Shown here piece by piece: positions 29,485 through 38,153 of a stretch of DNA of 64,000 bases; within the stretch, counting starts at the first letter, position 1; every line of letters starts with the position of its first letter. The stretch covers positions 24,573 through 88,572 of the IMG/VR virus record IMGVR_UViG_3300018044_000001. One strand, 5' to 3'. Made by a program: the position numbers and the translations under genes. Source of the stretch: a virus. The notes under the pieces were generated by a model. That model had not been told where the DNA came from and searched no databases. It saw only the letters and a list, made by a program, of their open reading frames with translations.

Positions 29485-29994
29485 TCAGCTCCTCAAGTGA
29501 GCGAGTGTGTCGGGATCGGGCGTGCGCCTTCTGGCTCTACCTTGCGGGGACGCCCCGCCGATAACGCCCTGTTTGTACAGCTGCCATGCTTCTGGCGTGA
29601 GGATCATTCCACATAGCCAGTCGCCGGGTTCAACTACCTGTTCGGTCGTGCCATCCGCAGACTTTTCAACCCATGTCGGTCCACGATATATGTAGTTCTC
29701 TACGACCTCGCCGGGGTTGTGTCCAGGTTCATGGAACATGCCGAGCTTGCAACCTTTGCGCATGAAATTGAAACAGGCCAGTTCTATAACTGGGGCCGGG
29801 CCGTAATCCCGATGTCCGTCCTGGGCCGTGCTCACATCGGCCTTCATACACGGATATGCAACCATCAACACATACCGCTGCTCTTCGTTGGACTTAATGA
29901 CGGCACAGTCGGTAATCGCACGCGCAGGCGGGGACGGGTCAGGTGTTTCTTCTGGTGTGATGTTCACCGTCAACTTAAAAACGGCTTCGGTCAT
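29485..29994 (-). CDS. XkdF-like putative prohead protease
   Basis: KSNEEQRYVL, D..GHRD, LGMFH, VVENYI, GDWL..W..YKQG...GAS..G. Confidence 0.8.
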   Translation of the reverse strand: MTEAVFKLTVNITPEETPDPSPPARAITDCAVIKSNEEQRYVLMVAYPCMKADVSTAQDGHRDYGPAPVIELACFNFMRKGCKLGMFHEPGHNPGEVVENYIYRGPTWVEKSADGTTEQVVEPGDWLCGMILTPEAWQLYKQGVIGGASPQGRARRRTPDPDTLAHLRS

Positions 29995-30389
29995 TTCTGT
30001 CCCTTCTGAGGGGTGCGAGTCGCCCACGGAACCAGGACGAGTGCCACGCCTGCCTGAATCATGGCCTGCGCGTTGTTCTTGTCGTTATCTATCGCCACGT
30101 CGATCCCGTGTTGCTGGCACCACAGCGCCTTCTGTGCTGGAATATCGCCGGACACAACAACCAACTGGTCCCAGCACTGCGTCACGCCGACCTTGTTGAG
30201 ATACGCTGCCTTGTCTGCCCACGTGGGACCGCTTGGCGAATCTGGACTGCTACCGCTTACGACGTAGACGCGGTTGCCATCGGCTTTGAGCGCGCACATC
30301 AGGTCACAGAATGCTGGCGGATCGCTGGAGATGGAGCCGTCGATGTCAATAAGAAAACTGAGCTGCTTAGGATTCAGCATGGGCGACAC
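29991..30389 (-). CDS. HAD-like small phosphatase
   Basis: LIDIDGS, VVSG, K and IDND motifs. Confidence 0.65.
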   Translation of the reverse strand: MSPMLNPKQLSFLIDIDGSISSDPPAFCDLMCALKADGNRVYVVSGSSPDSPSGPTWADKAAYLNKVGVTQCWDQLVVVSGDIPAQKALWCQQHGIDVAIDNDKNNAQAMIQAGVALVLVPWATRTPQKGQK

Positions 30390-30401
30390 TTTCTGTAAAC
30401 C

Positions 30402-30851
30402 TTAGATTCCTAACGCAGCACCCCACGCGTCACGAAAGATGCGAGGTATGACAGGTAGCGCCTTGTCGACGCCTGGCTGCAGGTAGGCGTACGGGGGCTG
30501 GTTGAAGTGTCTGCCCAAACTGTCCGTACCCGTGAAACCCAGCTCGATGCGACGACCATAGATCATTGTCGGTGCGACAGATATGGTGTATTTGCCAGGT
30601 CCGAGCATGATCGGCTCTGGTGGGATGAGCATGATGGACCGACGCAACGAACCTGTCACTACGTTCGGACGGTTGCCACCTACGTGCGGTTGTCCCTTCG
30701 GATGGTTGCCCTCGAACTCACGCCTGGCGTTGTCCCTAATGAGCAGAGCACCTGTAGCCGTACCCGCTTTGGTTGCCTCGTTGATTCGCTTGATCAACGC
30801 GTCCATGGAATCGTTGAAACCCTTGGCGTCGATTTTGAAGCCACCAGGCAT
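30402..30851 (-). CDS. HK97 gp10-like neck/morphogenesis protein
   Basis: PNVVTGSLRRSI, YGRRIELG, PYAYLQP motifs; TAATG coupling to portal. Confidence 0.75.
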   Translation of the reverse strand: MPGGFKIDAKGFNDSMDALIKRINEATKAGTATGALLIRDNARREFEGNHPKGQPHVGGNRPNVVTGSLRRSIMLIPPEPIMLGPGKYTISVAPTMIYGRRIELGFTGTDSLGRHFNQPPYAYLQPGVDKALPVIPRIFRDAWGAALGI

Positions 30852-33800
30852 TACTCGTACCCCGTCACTGCTGTGCTTGCACAACGACACAGAGGATGCT
30901 CGGGAATGGACGGATCATCGGTGCCAACGTCATACGGGCCATTGTCGGCATTCTCTAGGCAATCCTCGCACGCGTTGTCTTCGGCAATCCACCCCCACTG
31001 CGAGATACCGTTGACTTCGTATGTATCCTGCGATGCTGTCTCCGCTGCCCGACAACATTCTGTGTCCGCTATCATGTACGCATTGGCCGTCACGGCATCA
31101 CTTAGTGACGTGGCAATCGTGTCTACACTGTCGCCCCTCGCAATCCCATCCGCGAGCACATTGCCAACACGGTCAATCCCGTTGTCAATCGCAGACTTGA
31201 TAGTGATGCCAGCCTGCTCAAGTAGTTGCTGCAGTCCACCATTGGCAACGAGGTCGGATGCTTGGATACTGCCAGGAGTCCAGTCGTCCCATGACAACGC
31301 AGTACCGATAGCCATCTGTGCATCAGGTGATATCTGTTGTGCCGCTGCGTGCGAGCCGACCATGTAACTCTCGGCAATAAGATCACGCAGGATTTGCGCG
31401 GCTGATGACTGTGCTACGGTGACGTTCATTGCAGCAGCAGATTGGGCAATGCCCTGGTCGTCTGCACCACCACCAGCATCAGCGACTGCCTTCGCAGCAG
31501 TCTTACGCTGTGCCTCATCTATCGCCTGGTGCAACCCCTTGGTGCTGTGCTTCAGTGCTGCCGTGAGTAATGGGGCGTAGTGGGCGACGATGGCGTCGCG
31601 GAGGGCGTCGATGGGGTGTGTTGCTTTTGCTAACCACGGAGGTAGTGTCCATGATCCCACAGACTTTGCAGCAGATGGTGTCTGCACCGTGAACTGAATC
31701 GTGCCGTCCTTCTTGATACCTGTCACTACGTAGTCAGATCCACGAGGCAGGATCACCTCGCCTTGTCCTGTCCACGTCATCAGTGCGTGCGAACCGGCAG
31801 GTATGTTGATCTCTACGTTGTGGCCAGGACGGAAGTCGCCGTATTGATTGGCCATTTCACGCAGCATCGTCGTGGACTCATAACCAGGATCGTGATAGGT
31901 GTCGCCTACTTTCAATCCTTCAAGCGGTGCAGCATTCGTAAAGCCACGGTAGACCGTCGTGTCTGCTGTTACTGTCCTGCTTGCGATGGCACTGTCAAGA
32001 CCCTTGACCTGACCAGCGAAGCCACGAGTAGAACCGCTTTCGCGTAGTCCGATGTTAACATCAGCACCGCCTGCGGGCCTCGTGTAATCCGATACCGCTC
32101 GTGCCTCAGATGCAGTCAGCGGACGCTCTTCCTTGAACGTTCCCGCGTCGTGAATGGCTGCCAATTGTCGCTCTGCCGCTGTTGGCTTCATGCCTTCAAA
32201 CGGCGGCGAGTAAACGCAGGGATTGCTCTCGCCGCTCGACGCTGCGGCACGACCGCCACCACCACTTATGTGTGCAGTGCGTGCACCATCCTCGTTGTGA
32301 CTACCACCAGTGACGTCAGGCGGGCGACTAGCACTAGGGGATGAAGTTCTGCCGCCGCCACGGCCATACAGATCCTCGTAAGATGTGACGTGTCCGCCAC
32401 CGCTGCCAAACTCGCCCTGCGCGTTACGCTCCTGAGTCTCCCACGAGTCGCCCCATTTGGCTAGTTGCTCAGGGGTAGTTAGCCCACGAGAGTGGGCGGG
32501 ATCTTTTGGGTCTGCTTTGACCGCATTGTTAGCTTTGTCGCCACCCAAAGCAAATCGCACTACTTCATCGCCACGATGTACCGACAGGTAATCAAACGTC
32601 AGCGGTGTCAGTGGTAGTGGCTTAGGTAGCGGATCATCAGGGTCTAGATAAGCAAGCGTGATGTGGGGCATGAAGTCATGTTCACTAGCACTCAGGTCTT
32701 CCAGTGCTTCGCGCAAGTCAGTAATGCCAGCAATGTTGGGCACAACATACACTGGTTTCAGTCCGTCGCTACTTGCCGATGGAGCAAACGACGCAATGCC
32801 GCTGATGGTACCAGTCAAAGGTCCGGGCGCGTCCTTCGCTGCCTTACGGGCTGCATCGCATGCTTCAGCAAATGACTTATCGTCAACGTCTGGACCGAGA
32901 TAAACGACCGTCAGGTGAAAATCTGTGATTCCACCAGATAGCGGAGTAATCACACCGTCAGGCACGTCAAGAGATATCATGCCAGAACGTGGATTCAGGT
33001 CGTACGCCTGTGCACTCTTTACCGCGCCGAGCAGGCTCCAATCTGAACTTTGGCATTCCACTCTGACAGCACTATTCCCAACAACGTCACTAGGCTCCCA
33101 CCATGCAGCAGCAGCAATCTCGCCGGTGTCGCGATCAGTCACGTCACCGAGGTCGATGGCAGACTCGTGCTTGATTTGCAGAACGAACGCTTGGTACGTA
33201 CCGTCAGGTGTGAGCCATGAGCCGGTGATGTCACCTTGAGGAAGTGGCAGGCCAACTTCGGCTTGCCATTCCCTGGTAGCACCAGAGAACGCGTCCTCGC
33301 CTTTGTGACACTGGCCGCCGGGCCATTCCCATGTGCCCGGTGCTAGATGGTCGTCGTTCACGCGCTGCACCATGAGAACACGGCCGGTATCGGCGGCGAG
33401 GACGATTATGCCAGCAGCGTCGGGTTGGGCGTTGACGACGGACTTGATAGCATCGAGATCACCAGCACGTCCGAGGTCGTTTAGATGTCTGCCCTGTACG
33501 CTGGCCACTGCGGAGAACGAAAAGTCGCGCCAGCTTCCGCGGTCGATGCGTGCCTTGGCGAACTTGACGAATGACTTGAGTTCCTTCTCTGCGTCCGTGT
33601 CGGATTCGCTCTTGGAATCGCTGGCAGAACTGTCCTTGCTTGGACTTGATCCTGTAAGCTCAGTATTTCCGTCAGAGTCTGTCGAAGTTCCTCCAGCTGC
33701 GCTACCAGTTGGCTTGCGTCCGCTGTTATCGTCAGGTGTACTTCCGTTGGCATTAGCGTCTGTGCCTCCATTGTTTGCGGCAGGTGGTGGAACTGGTGAA

Positions 33801-35518
33801 CCGTCAGGTGCGGTCGGAAGGGGCTTGCCGTCAGGACCGACAAATACTTGCTTGGGGGGTTCTGGTGGATTGAGGGTGGCTTCGGTGTTCGCGTCTTGGA
33901 CGGCGAGAGTGCCCTTGAGGAACACTGGACCTTGTGCTCCGGCAATGAACGGTTCGTCGGCTTCCGGCATGGAGTACAGGGGCAGCCCGTTCTTTGCGCG
34001 CCAGTCGTTCAACGTGATACGACCGTTGTTGACGGTCTGTGTGTCGGCGTTGGCCTGTTGCAGAATGTCCTGCTCAGAACCGCCAGTGTCTTGACAAGTA
34101 GCGGTAATCTCACGACCGATACCAAGGTAGCGACGAGCTAGGTCGTTTTGTACGTCAATCAGGAAGTTGACAAACGCTTCAGTGACGAAGTGTTCGGTCT
34201 GGTCTTCCTCGCCCTCCATCTGGCGACCGCCAGACAGTCCAGCCTTTGCCTGCACACCTAACTGTGTCGCGGGAACGCCAAACTTGGACCCCATCTGAAT
34301 GATGAGAAAATTGTCGTAGTCCGACTTGTAGTGCTCTTCAATTTGCGGTGGCCACTCGGGCTTCATGCCGGGAGGCAACAGGAACGCTTGCTGACGACGG
34401 TTGATCTGACCGCTCAAACGGTCATTCATGGTCTGTTCATATCCGAATTGTTGTTCAGGCGTCCACCCTGTCGGATTGTCCTTGTCCATCGTGTAGTACG
34501 TTTTGGGGGACATTCCGTAAACGTATTCAGACCTCATCCACGCCTGACGCTGCAGATACGTCGTAGCGACTGTCATGACCTCTTCGGTCGGAGGATAGCC
34601 ATAGACAGATTCGGGACGGGGACGACGGATGTAATACGCCAACTGGTCGCTGGCAAACTCACCCTCGACGGGGCCATCGCCAGCTTGGAATTCCCCGCGT
34701 GGAAAGCCGTATAAGATTTGCTGGAAGGCAGGGGCGGGAGGCTCGGGAGGAAAGCCCTGATTGTCGAGCAGTATCTTAATCGTGCTCGTGTCAATCGGTG
34801 CCAGCGCAAAGAGATCGCCGCCAAGGGTCCGCTGTGGGTATATGCAGATACCGTCATATACCAGGGACTGCCAGATGATCTCCGCGAGCCACTGTGAGGG
34901 CGAGTGCTTGCTGCGCTGGTCGGGACGCTCGAAGAACGACTTAACGCGATCAAGCTCGGTGCCGTATTTGTCGGCGGCGAGGGCCATGGCGCGGGCGTGG
35001 TTCGCTTCGCCCGTGTCTCGCATAATCTGTTCAATAATTGAGTCGCTATACCCCCACGACCAATCGCGACCACAGATGCCGTCTTGTACCAACTGGATGC
35101 ACCTATTGACCACATCACATTCTTCTGCAATCCACTTCAGCGCGGTCCACGGGAGTGCTCTGTCCGCGAGTTGTAAATTTATGGCTACCAGGTACTGTGC
35201 ACGACGCGGTAGGGCACGACCGCCAGGACCAAGCGCGTCTATCGCGTCAGGGAAGAGTGGTACGCCCGGACCAAAGCCAGAGTTGAAATCACCCAGAGGA
35301 CGAGGCAACGGCACATATCCCGGCACTTGTCCTGCCGTCTGTGCAAACGGTGACGACGGGTTGGGAATGTACGTAGCACCGCTAACAGCGCGGCCCTGCG
35401 AGTTGGCAGCGGCCGCGACAATATCGCGACTCATCGCCTTCTCGACGCCCGCCTCAACCGCTGCACTGAGTGCAGCCTGTTTGCGTTCTGTACGGCGCGA
35501 CAGGATGGGGATGGCCAA
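30851..35518 (-). CDS. Portal protein fused to Nudix, 2H phosphoesterase, ADP-ribosyltransferase and MuF domains
   Basis: N-terminal portal (PIDTSTIK, YGYPPTE, ITLNDWRAKNGLP); WEWPGG..REWQAEVG; HLT...HIT; VYRG/YESTT/QGE; C-terminal C..C...HPLCRC. Confidence 0.88.
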   Translation of the reverse strand: MAIPILSRRTERKQAALSAAVEAGVEKAMSRDIVAAAANSQGRAVSGATYIPNPSSPFAQTAGQVPGYVPLPRPLGDFNSGFGPGVPLFPDAIDALGPGGRALPRRAQYLVAINLQLADRALPWTALKWIAEECDVVNRCIQLVQDGICGRDWSWGYSDSIIEQIMRDTGEANHARAMALAADKYGTELDRVKSFFERPDQRSKHSPSQWLAEIIWQSLVYDGICIYPQRTLGGDLFALAPIDTSTIKILLDNQGFPPEPPAPAFQQILYGFPRGEFQAGDGPVEGEFASDQLAYYIRRPRPESVYGYPPTEEVMTVATTYLQRQAWMRSEYVYGMSPKTYYTMDKDNPTGWTPEQQFGYEQTMNDRLSGQINRRQQAFLLPPGMKPEWPPQIEEHYKSDYDNFLIIQMGSKFGVPATQLGVQAKAGLSGGRQMEGEEDQTEHFVTEAFVNFLIDVQNDLARRYLGIGREITATCQDTGGSEQDILQQANADTQTVNNGRITLNDWRAKNGLPLYSMPEADEPFIAGAQGPVFLKGTLAVQDANTEATLNPPEPPKQVFVGPDGKPLPTAPDGSPVPPPAANNGGTDANANGSTPDDNSGRKPTGSAAGGTSTDSDGNTELTGSSPSKDSSASDSKSESDTDAEKELKSFVKFAKARIDRGSWRDFSFSAVASVQGRHLNDLGRAGDLDAIKSVVNAQPDAAGIIVLAADTGRVLMVQRVNDDHLAPGTWEWPGGQCHKGEDAFSGATREWQAEVGLPLPQGDITGSWLTPDGTYQAFVLQIKHESAIDLGDVTDRDTGEIAAAAWWEPSDVVGNSAVRVECQSSDWSLLGAVKSAQAYDLNPRSGMISLDVPDGVITPLSGGITDFHLTVVYLGPDVDDKSFAEACDAARKAAKDAPGPLTGTISGIASFAPSASSDGLKPVYVVPNIAGITDLREALEDLSASEHDFMPHITLAYLDPDDPLPKPLPLTPLTFDYLSVHRGDEVVRFALGGDKANNAVKADPKDPAHSRGLTTPEQLAKWGDSWETQERNAQGEFGSGGGHVTSYEDLYGRGGGRTSSPSASRPPDVTGGSHNEDGARTAHISGGGGRAAASSGESNPCVYSPPFEGMKPTAAERQLAAIHDAGTFKEERPLTASEARAVSDYTRPAGGADVNIGLRESGSTRGFAGQVKGLDSAIASRTVTADTTVYRGFTNAAPLEGLKVGDTYHDPGYESTTMLREMANQYGDFRPGHNVEINIPAGSHALMTWTGQGEVILPRGSDYVVTGIKKDGTIQFTVQTPSAAKSVGSWTLPPWLAKATHPIDALRDAIVAHYAPLLTAALKHSTKGLHQAIDEAQRKTAAKAVADAGGGADDQGIAQSAAAMNVTVAQSSAAQILRDLIAESYMVGSHAAAQQISPDAQMAIGTALSWDDWTPGSIQASDLVANGGLQQLLEQAGITIKSAIDNGIDRVGNVLADGIARGDSVDTIATSLSDAVTANAYMIADTECCRAAETASQDTYEVNGISQWGWIAEDNACEDCLENADNGPYDVGTDDPSIPEHPLCRCASTAVTGYE

Positions 35519-35575
35519 AGTTGTCCCCTCCTTAAAGGGTACGGAAACTTACCCTATGGGTAAGCTAAGTGGCTC

Positions 35576-36085
35576 TTAAACCTCTTGCAGTAGAAAGGGA
35601 GTCCACTCGGGTGATACGGCATACAGCAATAGTCTCGCGTGCGCGCCGCGAGGGCGCGTGGGCTTGTGCAGGAGCGGCATCTTGGCCTGCTCCGGCGTGC
35701 GATTGCCCTTGTGGTGATTGCATTTCCTGCACGACGCGACGACGTTCTCCCACGTGTGCGTACCACCCTGAGCACGTGGCACCAGATGGTCCATGGTGTC
35801 TGCAGGATCGCCACAGAATGCGCACGATCCGCCGTCACGAGCGATGACGGTCCGTGTCGTGAGGGGAATGCTCCGACCCCTCGGCACATTGACAAACCGT
35901 CTCAGACGCACCACGCTGGGCAACGTGAAGTTCACATATTGACTGTGCACAACGGTATCGCTGTCGAGCACGACATCCGCTGTCTGATCTAACACCAGCA
36001 GCAACGCACGCCGCGCATCACAAACATGCAACGGTTCTCCGCTGGCGTTGAGTAGTAACGATCTGACCTGTCTACCAGGTGGCAT
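35576..36085 (-). CDS. HNH endonuclease at the end of the tRNA array
   Basis: LLLNASGEPL, RDGGSCAFCG, TMDHLVPR..GG.H.WENVV..C..CN..K; ATG 36085 with AGAGGA SD. Confidence 0.9.
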   Translation of the reverse strand: MPPGRQVRSLLLNASGEPLHVCDARRALLLVLDQTADVVLDSDTVVHSQYVNFTLPSVVRLRRFVNVPRGRSIPLTTRTVIARDGGSCAFCGDPADTMDHLVPRAQGGTHTWENVVASCRKCNHHKGNRTPEQAKMPLLHKPTRPRGAHARLLLYAVSPEWTPFLLQEV

Positions 36086-36103
36086 GCTCCAGTCCTCTTT
36101 TCG

Positions 36104-36177
36104 TCCTGGTGGAGGGATTCGAACCCTCAACGCGTGGTCCTTGAAGCCACCGCCTCTGCCGGTTGGGCTACACCAGG
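36104..36177 (-). tRNA. tRNA-Leu(CAA), atypical short variable arm
   Basis: Acceptor CCTGGTG/CACCAGG-A; loop TT-CAA-GG; C31:A39 mismatch. Confidence 0.65.
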
Positions 36178-36201
36178 TAGCGTTATGACATCGTAGTCCA
36201 G

Positions 36202-36273
36202 AGCCAACGACGTGAGTCGAACACGCAACAACGAAGGTACGAGCTTCGCTTCCATCCGTAGGAACTCGCTGGC
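36202..36273 (-). tRNA. tRNA-Thr(CGT)
   Basis: CGAAG-CTCGTAC-CTTCG; TTCGA T-loop. Confidence 0.8.
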
Positions 36274-36319
36274 AAGCGGCCGTTCTTGTTAAACCGGGAA
36301 CATGCCCTAAAGCCGGTCG

Positions 36320-36402
36320 TGCGGATGGTGGGACTTGAACCCACATGCCTAACGGCAGTCGCTTTTAAGGCGACCGTGTATACCAATTCCAACCACATCC
36401 GC
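36320..36402 (-). tRNA. tRNA-Leu(TAA)
   Basis: GTCGC-CTTAAAA-GCGAC; long variable arm. Confidence 0.9.
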
Positions 36403-36406
36403 GTAG

Positions 36407-36480
36407 CACCCCTGGCGGGACTCGAACCCGCATCATACCATTACGGTTACTTGCTTAGAAGACAAGACCGATACAGGGGC
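36407..36480 (-). tRNA. D-armless tRNA-Arg(TCT)-like gene
   Basis: Acceptor and T-arm intact; CTTGT-CTTCTAA-GCAAG; no D-arm. Confidence 0.7.
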
Positions 36481-36481
36481 G

Positions 36482-36557
36482 TGACGGGGGCGGGATTTGA
36501 ACCACGCGACCTCTAGGTTATGGGCCTAGCGAGCTGACCAAACTGCTCTACCCCGCG
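36482..36557 (-). tRNA. tRNA-fMet-like (CAT)
   Basis: CGCGGGG start with 1:72 mismatch; CTAGG-CCCATAA-CCTAG. Confidence 0.8.
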
Positions 36558-36629
36558 TGGCAGATGTTGGTATCGAGCCAACCAGACACGATCCTTATGA
36601 GAGATCGCCGCTTACCCTGAGCAACTGCC
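36558..36629 (-). tRNA. tRNA-Met/Ile2(CAT), degenerate
   Basis: GATCT-CTCATAA-GGATC; irregular acceptor and D-arm. Confidence 0.6.
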
Positions 36630-36631
36630 GG

Positions 36632-36704
36632 GGTGACGGGGGGAACTCGAATCCCCTTGCACTAGGGCCACAACCTAGCCGCGTACCACGATGCGTCCCG
36701 TCAC
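36632..36704 (-). tRNA. tRNA-His(GTG), possibly 8/4 fold
   Basis: CTAGG-TTGTGGC-CCTAG; C73. Confidence 0.8.
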
Positions 36705-36706
36705 AG

Positions 36707-36777
36707 TACCAGTGGAAGGTGTCGAACCTCCGTCCCAACTTTGTAAGAGTTGTCGTCTCCCGTTGACATACACTGGC
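36707..36777 (-). tRNA. tRNA-Val(TAC)
   Basis: CAACT-CTTACAA-AGTTG. Confidence 0.85.
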
Positions 36778-36781
36778 GTAG

Positions 36782-36853
36782 TGCTCCTACCCGGACTCGA
36801 ACCGAGAATGCCTGCTTAAAGGGCAGAACCGTTTCCATTACGATCATAGGAGC
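36782..36853 (-). tRNA. tRNA-Lys(TTT)
   Basis: TCTGC-CCTTTAA-GCAGG. Confidence 0.8.
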
Positions 36854-36855
36854 AA

Positions 36856-36930
36856 TGGTAGGCGACCAGGGAATCGAACCCTGTATCAGACCATATCAGA
36901 GTCTGCGATTAGCCGTCTTCTTCGTCGCCC
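36856..36930 (-). tRNA. tRNA-Ile(GAT)
   Basis: AGACT-CTGATAT-GGTCT; encoded CCA. Confidence 0.75.
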
Positions 36931-36931
36931 G

Positions 36932-37006
36932 TGGTGGTCCCTGTCGGACTCGAACCGACCTCTCTGCGTCTTCAGCGCGGCGCTAATCCGTCTCAGCTAA
37001 AGGACC
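36932..37006 (-). tRNA. tRNA-Phe(GAA)
   Basis: Loop CT-GAA-GA; encoded CCA. Confidence 0.85.
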
Positions 37007-37010
37007 GTAG

Positions 37011-37087
37011 TGCGGGCCGCGGGACTCGAACCCGCATGGACCGTATTACCCTTTCAACATTTCATAAGAATGAGGGGATACGCCCGC
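37011..37087 (-). tRNA. D-armless tRNA-Ile(TAT)-like gene
   Basis: CATT-CTTATGA-AATG; T-arm GCGGG-TTCGAGT-CCCGC; A73; no D-arm. Confidence 0.65.
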
Positions 37088-37089
37088 AA

Positions 37090-37163
37090 TGGAGCCGATG
37101 GCAGGAGTTGAACCCGCGTCTGGTGAGTACAAAACACCTGTACTTCCGTTGTACGACACCGGC
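37090..37163 (-). tRNA. tRNA-Thr(TGT)
   Basis: Loop TT-TGT-AC; encoded CCA. Confidence 0.85.
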
Positions 37164-37166
37164 AAA

Positions 37167-37314
37167 TGTCGCCCCTAGTCGCGTCGAAATCCTTGGGTAG
37201 CTAATCCCAACCTGCTGCGGTTACCAAGCGCAGCCACGACCAATGGAACCCTCCGCGTACGAGTAACGCGGCACCAGTCACGGACTATTAACCGTTGTCA
37301 GGGGTGGGGCGACA
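37167..37314 (-). ncRNA. Unidentified 148-nt structured RNA in the tRNA array
   Basis: 9-bp closing stem TGTCGCCCC/GGGGCGACA with four internal hairpins. Confidence 0.6.
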
Positions 37315-37315
37315 G

Positions 37316-37388
37316 CTCCGAGGGTAGGAATCGAACCCACGCGCACTGGGTCCAAGGCCCAGCTACGAAACCAACATCGTACCTCGGA
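37316..37388 (-). tRNA. tRNA-Gln(TTG)
   Basis: CTGGG-CCTTGGA-CCCAG. Confidence 0.85.
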
Positions 37389-37389
37389 A

Positions 37390-37463
37390 TGGAACGGCTG
37401 ACCCGACTCGAACGGGCGTATTCAGGGTGGAAACCTGACGCTCTGCCTCTGAGCTACAACCGC
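37390..37463 (-). tRNA. tRNA-Gly(TCC)
   Basis: TCAGG-TTTCCAC-CCTGA; TCCA end. Confidence 0.88.
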
Positions 37464-37464
37464 A

Positions 37465-37539
37465 TGGAGCGACTAGCGGGAGTCGAACCCGCACTTGCAC
37501 CATGGCGAGGTGCCGTCATAGCCACTAGACCATAATCGC
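37465..37539 (-). tRNA. tRNA-Gly(GCC)
   Basis: GCACC-TCGCCAT-GGTGC; TCCA end. Confidence 0.85.
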
Positions 37540-37541
37540 AT

Positions 37542-37616
37542 TGGAGCGCAGGGTCGGAATCGAACCGACGAAAATGCGGGTTGCAGCCGCACGCCTTCCC
37601 ATTCAGCCACCTACGC
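37542..37616 (-). tRNA. tRNA-Cys(GCA)
   Basis: TGCGG-CTGCAAC-CCGCA; U73 CCA. Confidence 0.88.
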
Positions 37617-37620
37617 ACAG

Positions 37621-37694
37621 CTCCGGCGGGAAGAGTCGAACTTCCATGATGAGCACCTTAACGGGATGCTGGCTTGCCATTAGCCCACACCGGA
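37621..37694 (-). tRNA. tRNA-Asn(GTT)
   Basis: GCATC-CCGTTAA-GGTGC; G73. Confidence 0.82.
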
Positions 37695-37698
37695 ATAG

Positions 37699-37770
37699 TG
37701 ATCCGTACCAGAATCGAACTGGTGTCTCAGGCTTGAGGGGCCTGCGTACGTACCTCTGTACCAACGGATC
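37699..37770 (-). tRNA. tRNA-Glu(CTC)
   Basis: CAGGC-CCCTCAA-GCCTG. Confidence 0.85.
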
Positions 37771-37786
37771 TTTGTACTAATAGACT

Positions 37787-37862
37787 TGGTACTCCCAGTC
37801 GGAATCGAACCGGCGTTTCGACCTTGAAAGAGTCGCGTCCTCTGCCGCTAGACGATGGGAGC
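37787..37862 (-). tRNA. tRNA-Glu(TTC)
   Basis: CGACT-CTTTCAA-GGTCG; encoded CCA. Confidence 0.9.
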
Positions 37863-37867
37863 CTTCG

Positions 37868-38050
37868 TTACATCCACACCAACTGTTCCACCATCGCATT
37901 GATCGACAACCCGACGAACGACAGCAACAGAATCAGACCCATGAACACCAACGACACTACGTCAAGTTGTACCGTCAAGAATAGCGGGATCGCAAGTAGC
38001 CACGCGGTGCGATAGATCCACGACTCGATGCGTTGCAGGCGGTCAATCAT
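37868..38050 (-). CDS. 60-aa two-helix membrane protein inside the tRNA array
   Basis: AAAAGGAG SD, ATG 38050, two hydrophobic segments. Confidence 0.65.
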   Translation of the reverse strand: MIDRLQRIESWIYRTAWLLAIPLFLTVQLDVVSLVFMGLILLLSFVGLSINAMVEQLVWM

Positions 38051-38069
38051 GTGGCTCCTTTTGTTGCAG

Positions 38070-38153
38070 CGGAAAGTCGGCGAGTCGGACGCCATGGCTT
38101 GCACCACCAACGCGCTTCCAACGCGTGCCCATCACCGTCAGGGTTGACTTTCC
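38070..38153 (-). tRNA. tRNA-Ser(GGA), 8/4 fold
   Basis: GGAAAGTC/GACTTTCC 8 bp; T-stem GGCG/CGCC; loop TT-GGA-AG. Confidence 0.82.

Noticed and set aside
36104-36177. Possible UCA (opal/Sec) suppressor tRNA
   Set aside because: Centring the loop on the GTGG/CCAC stem gives CAA; the D-arm and A73 look Leu-like; no Sec features
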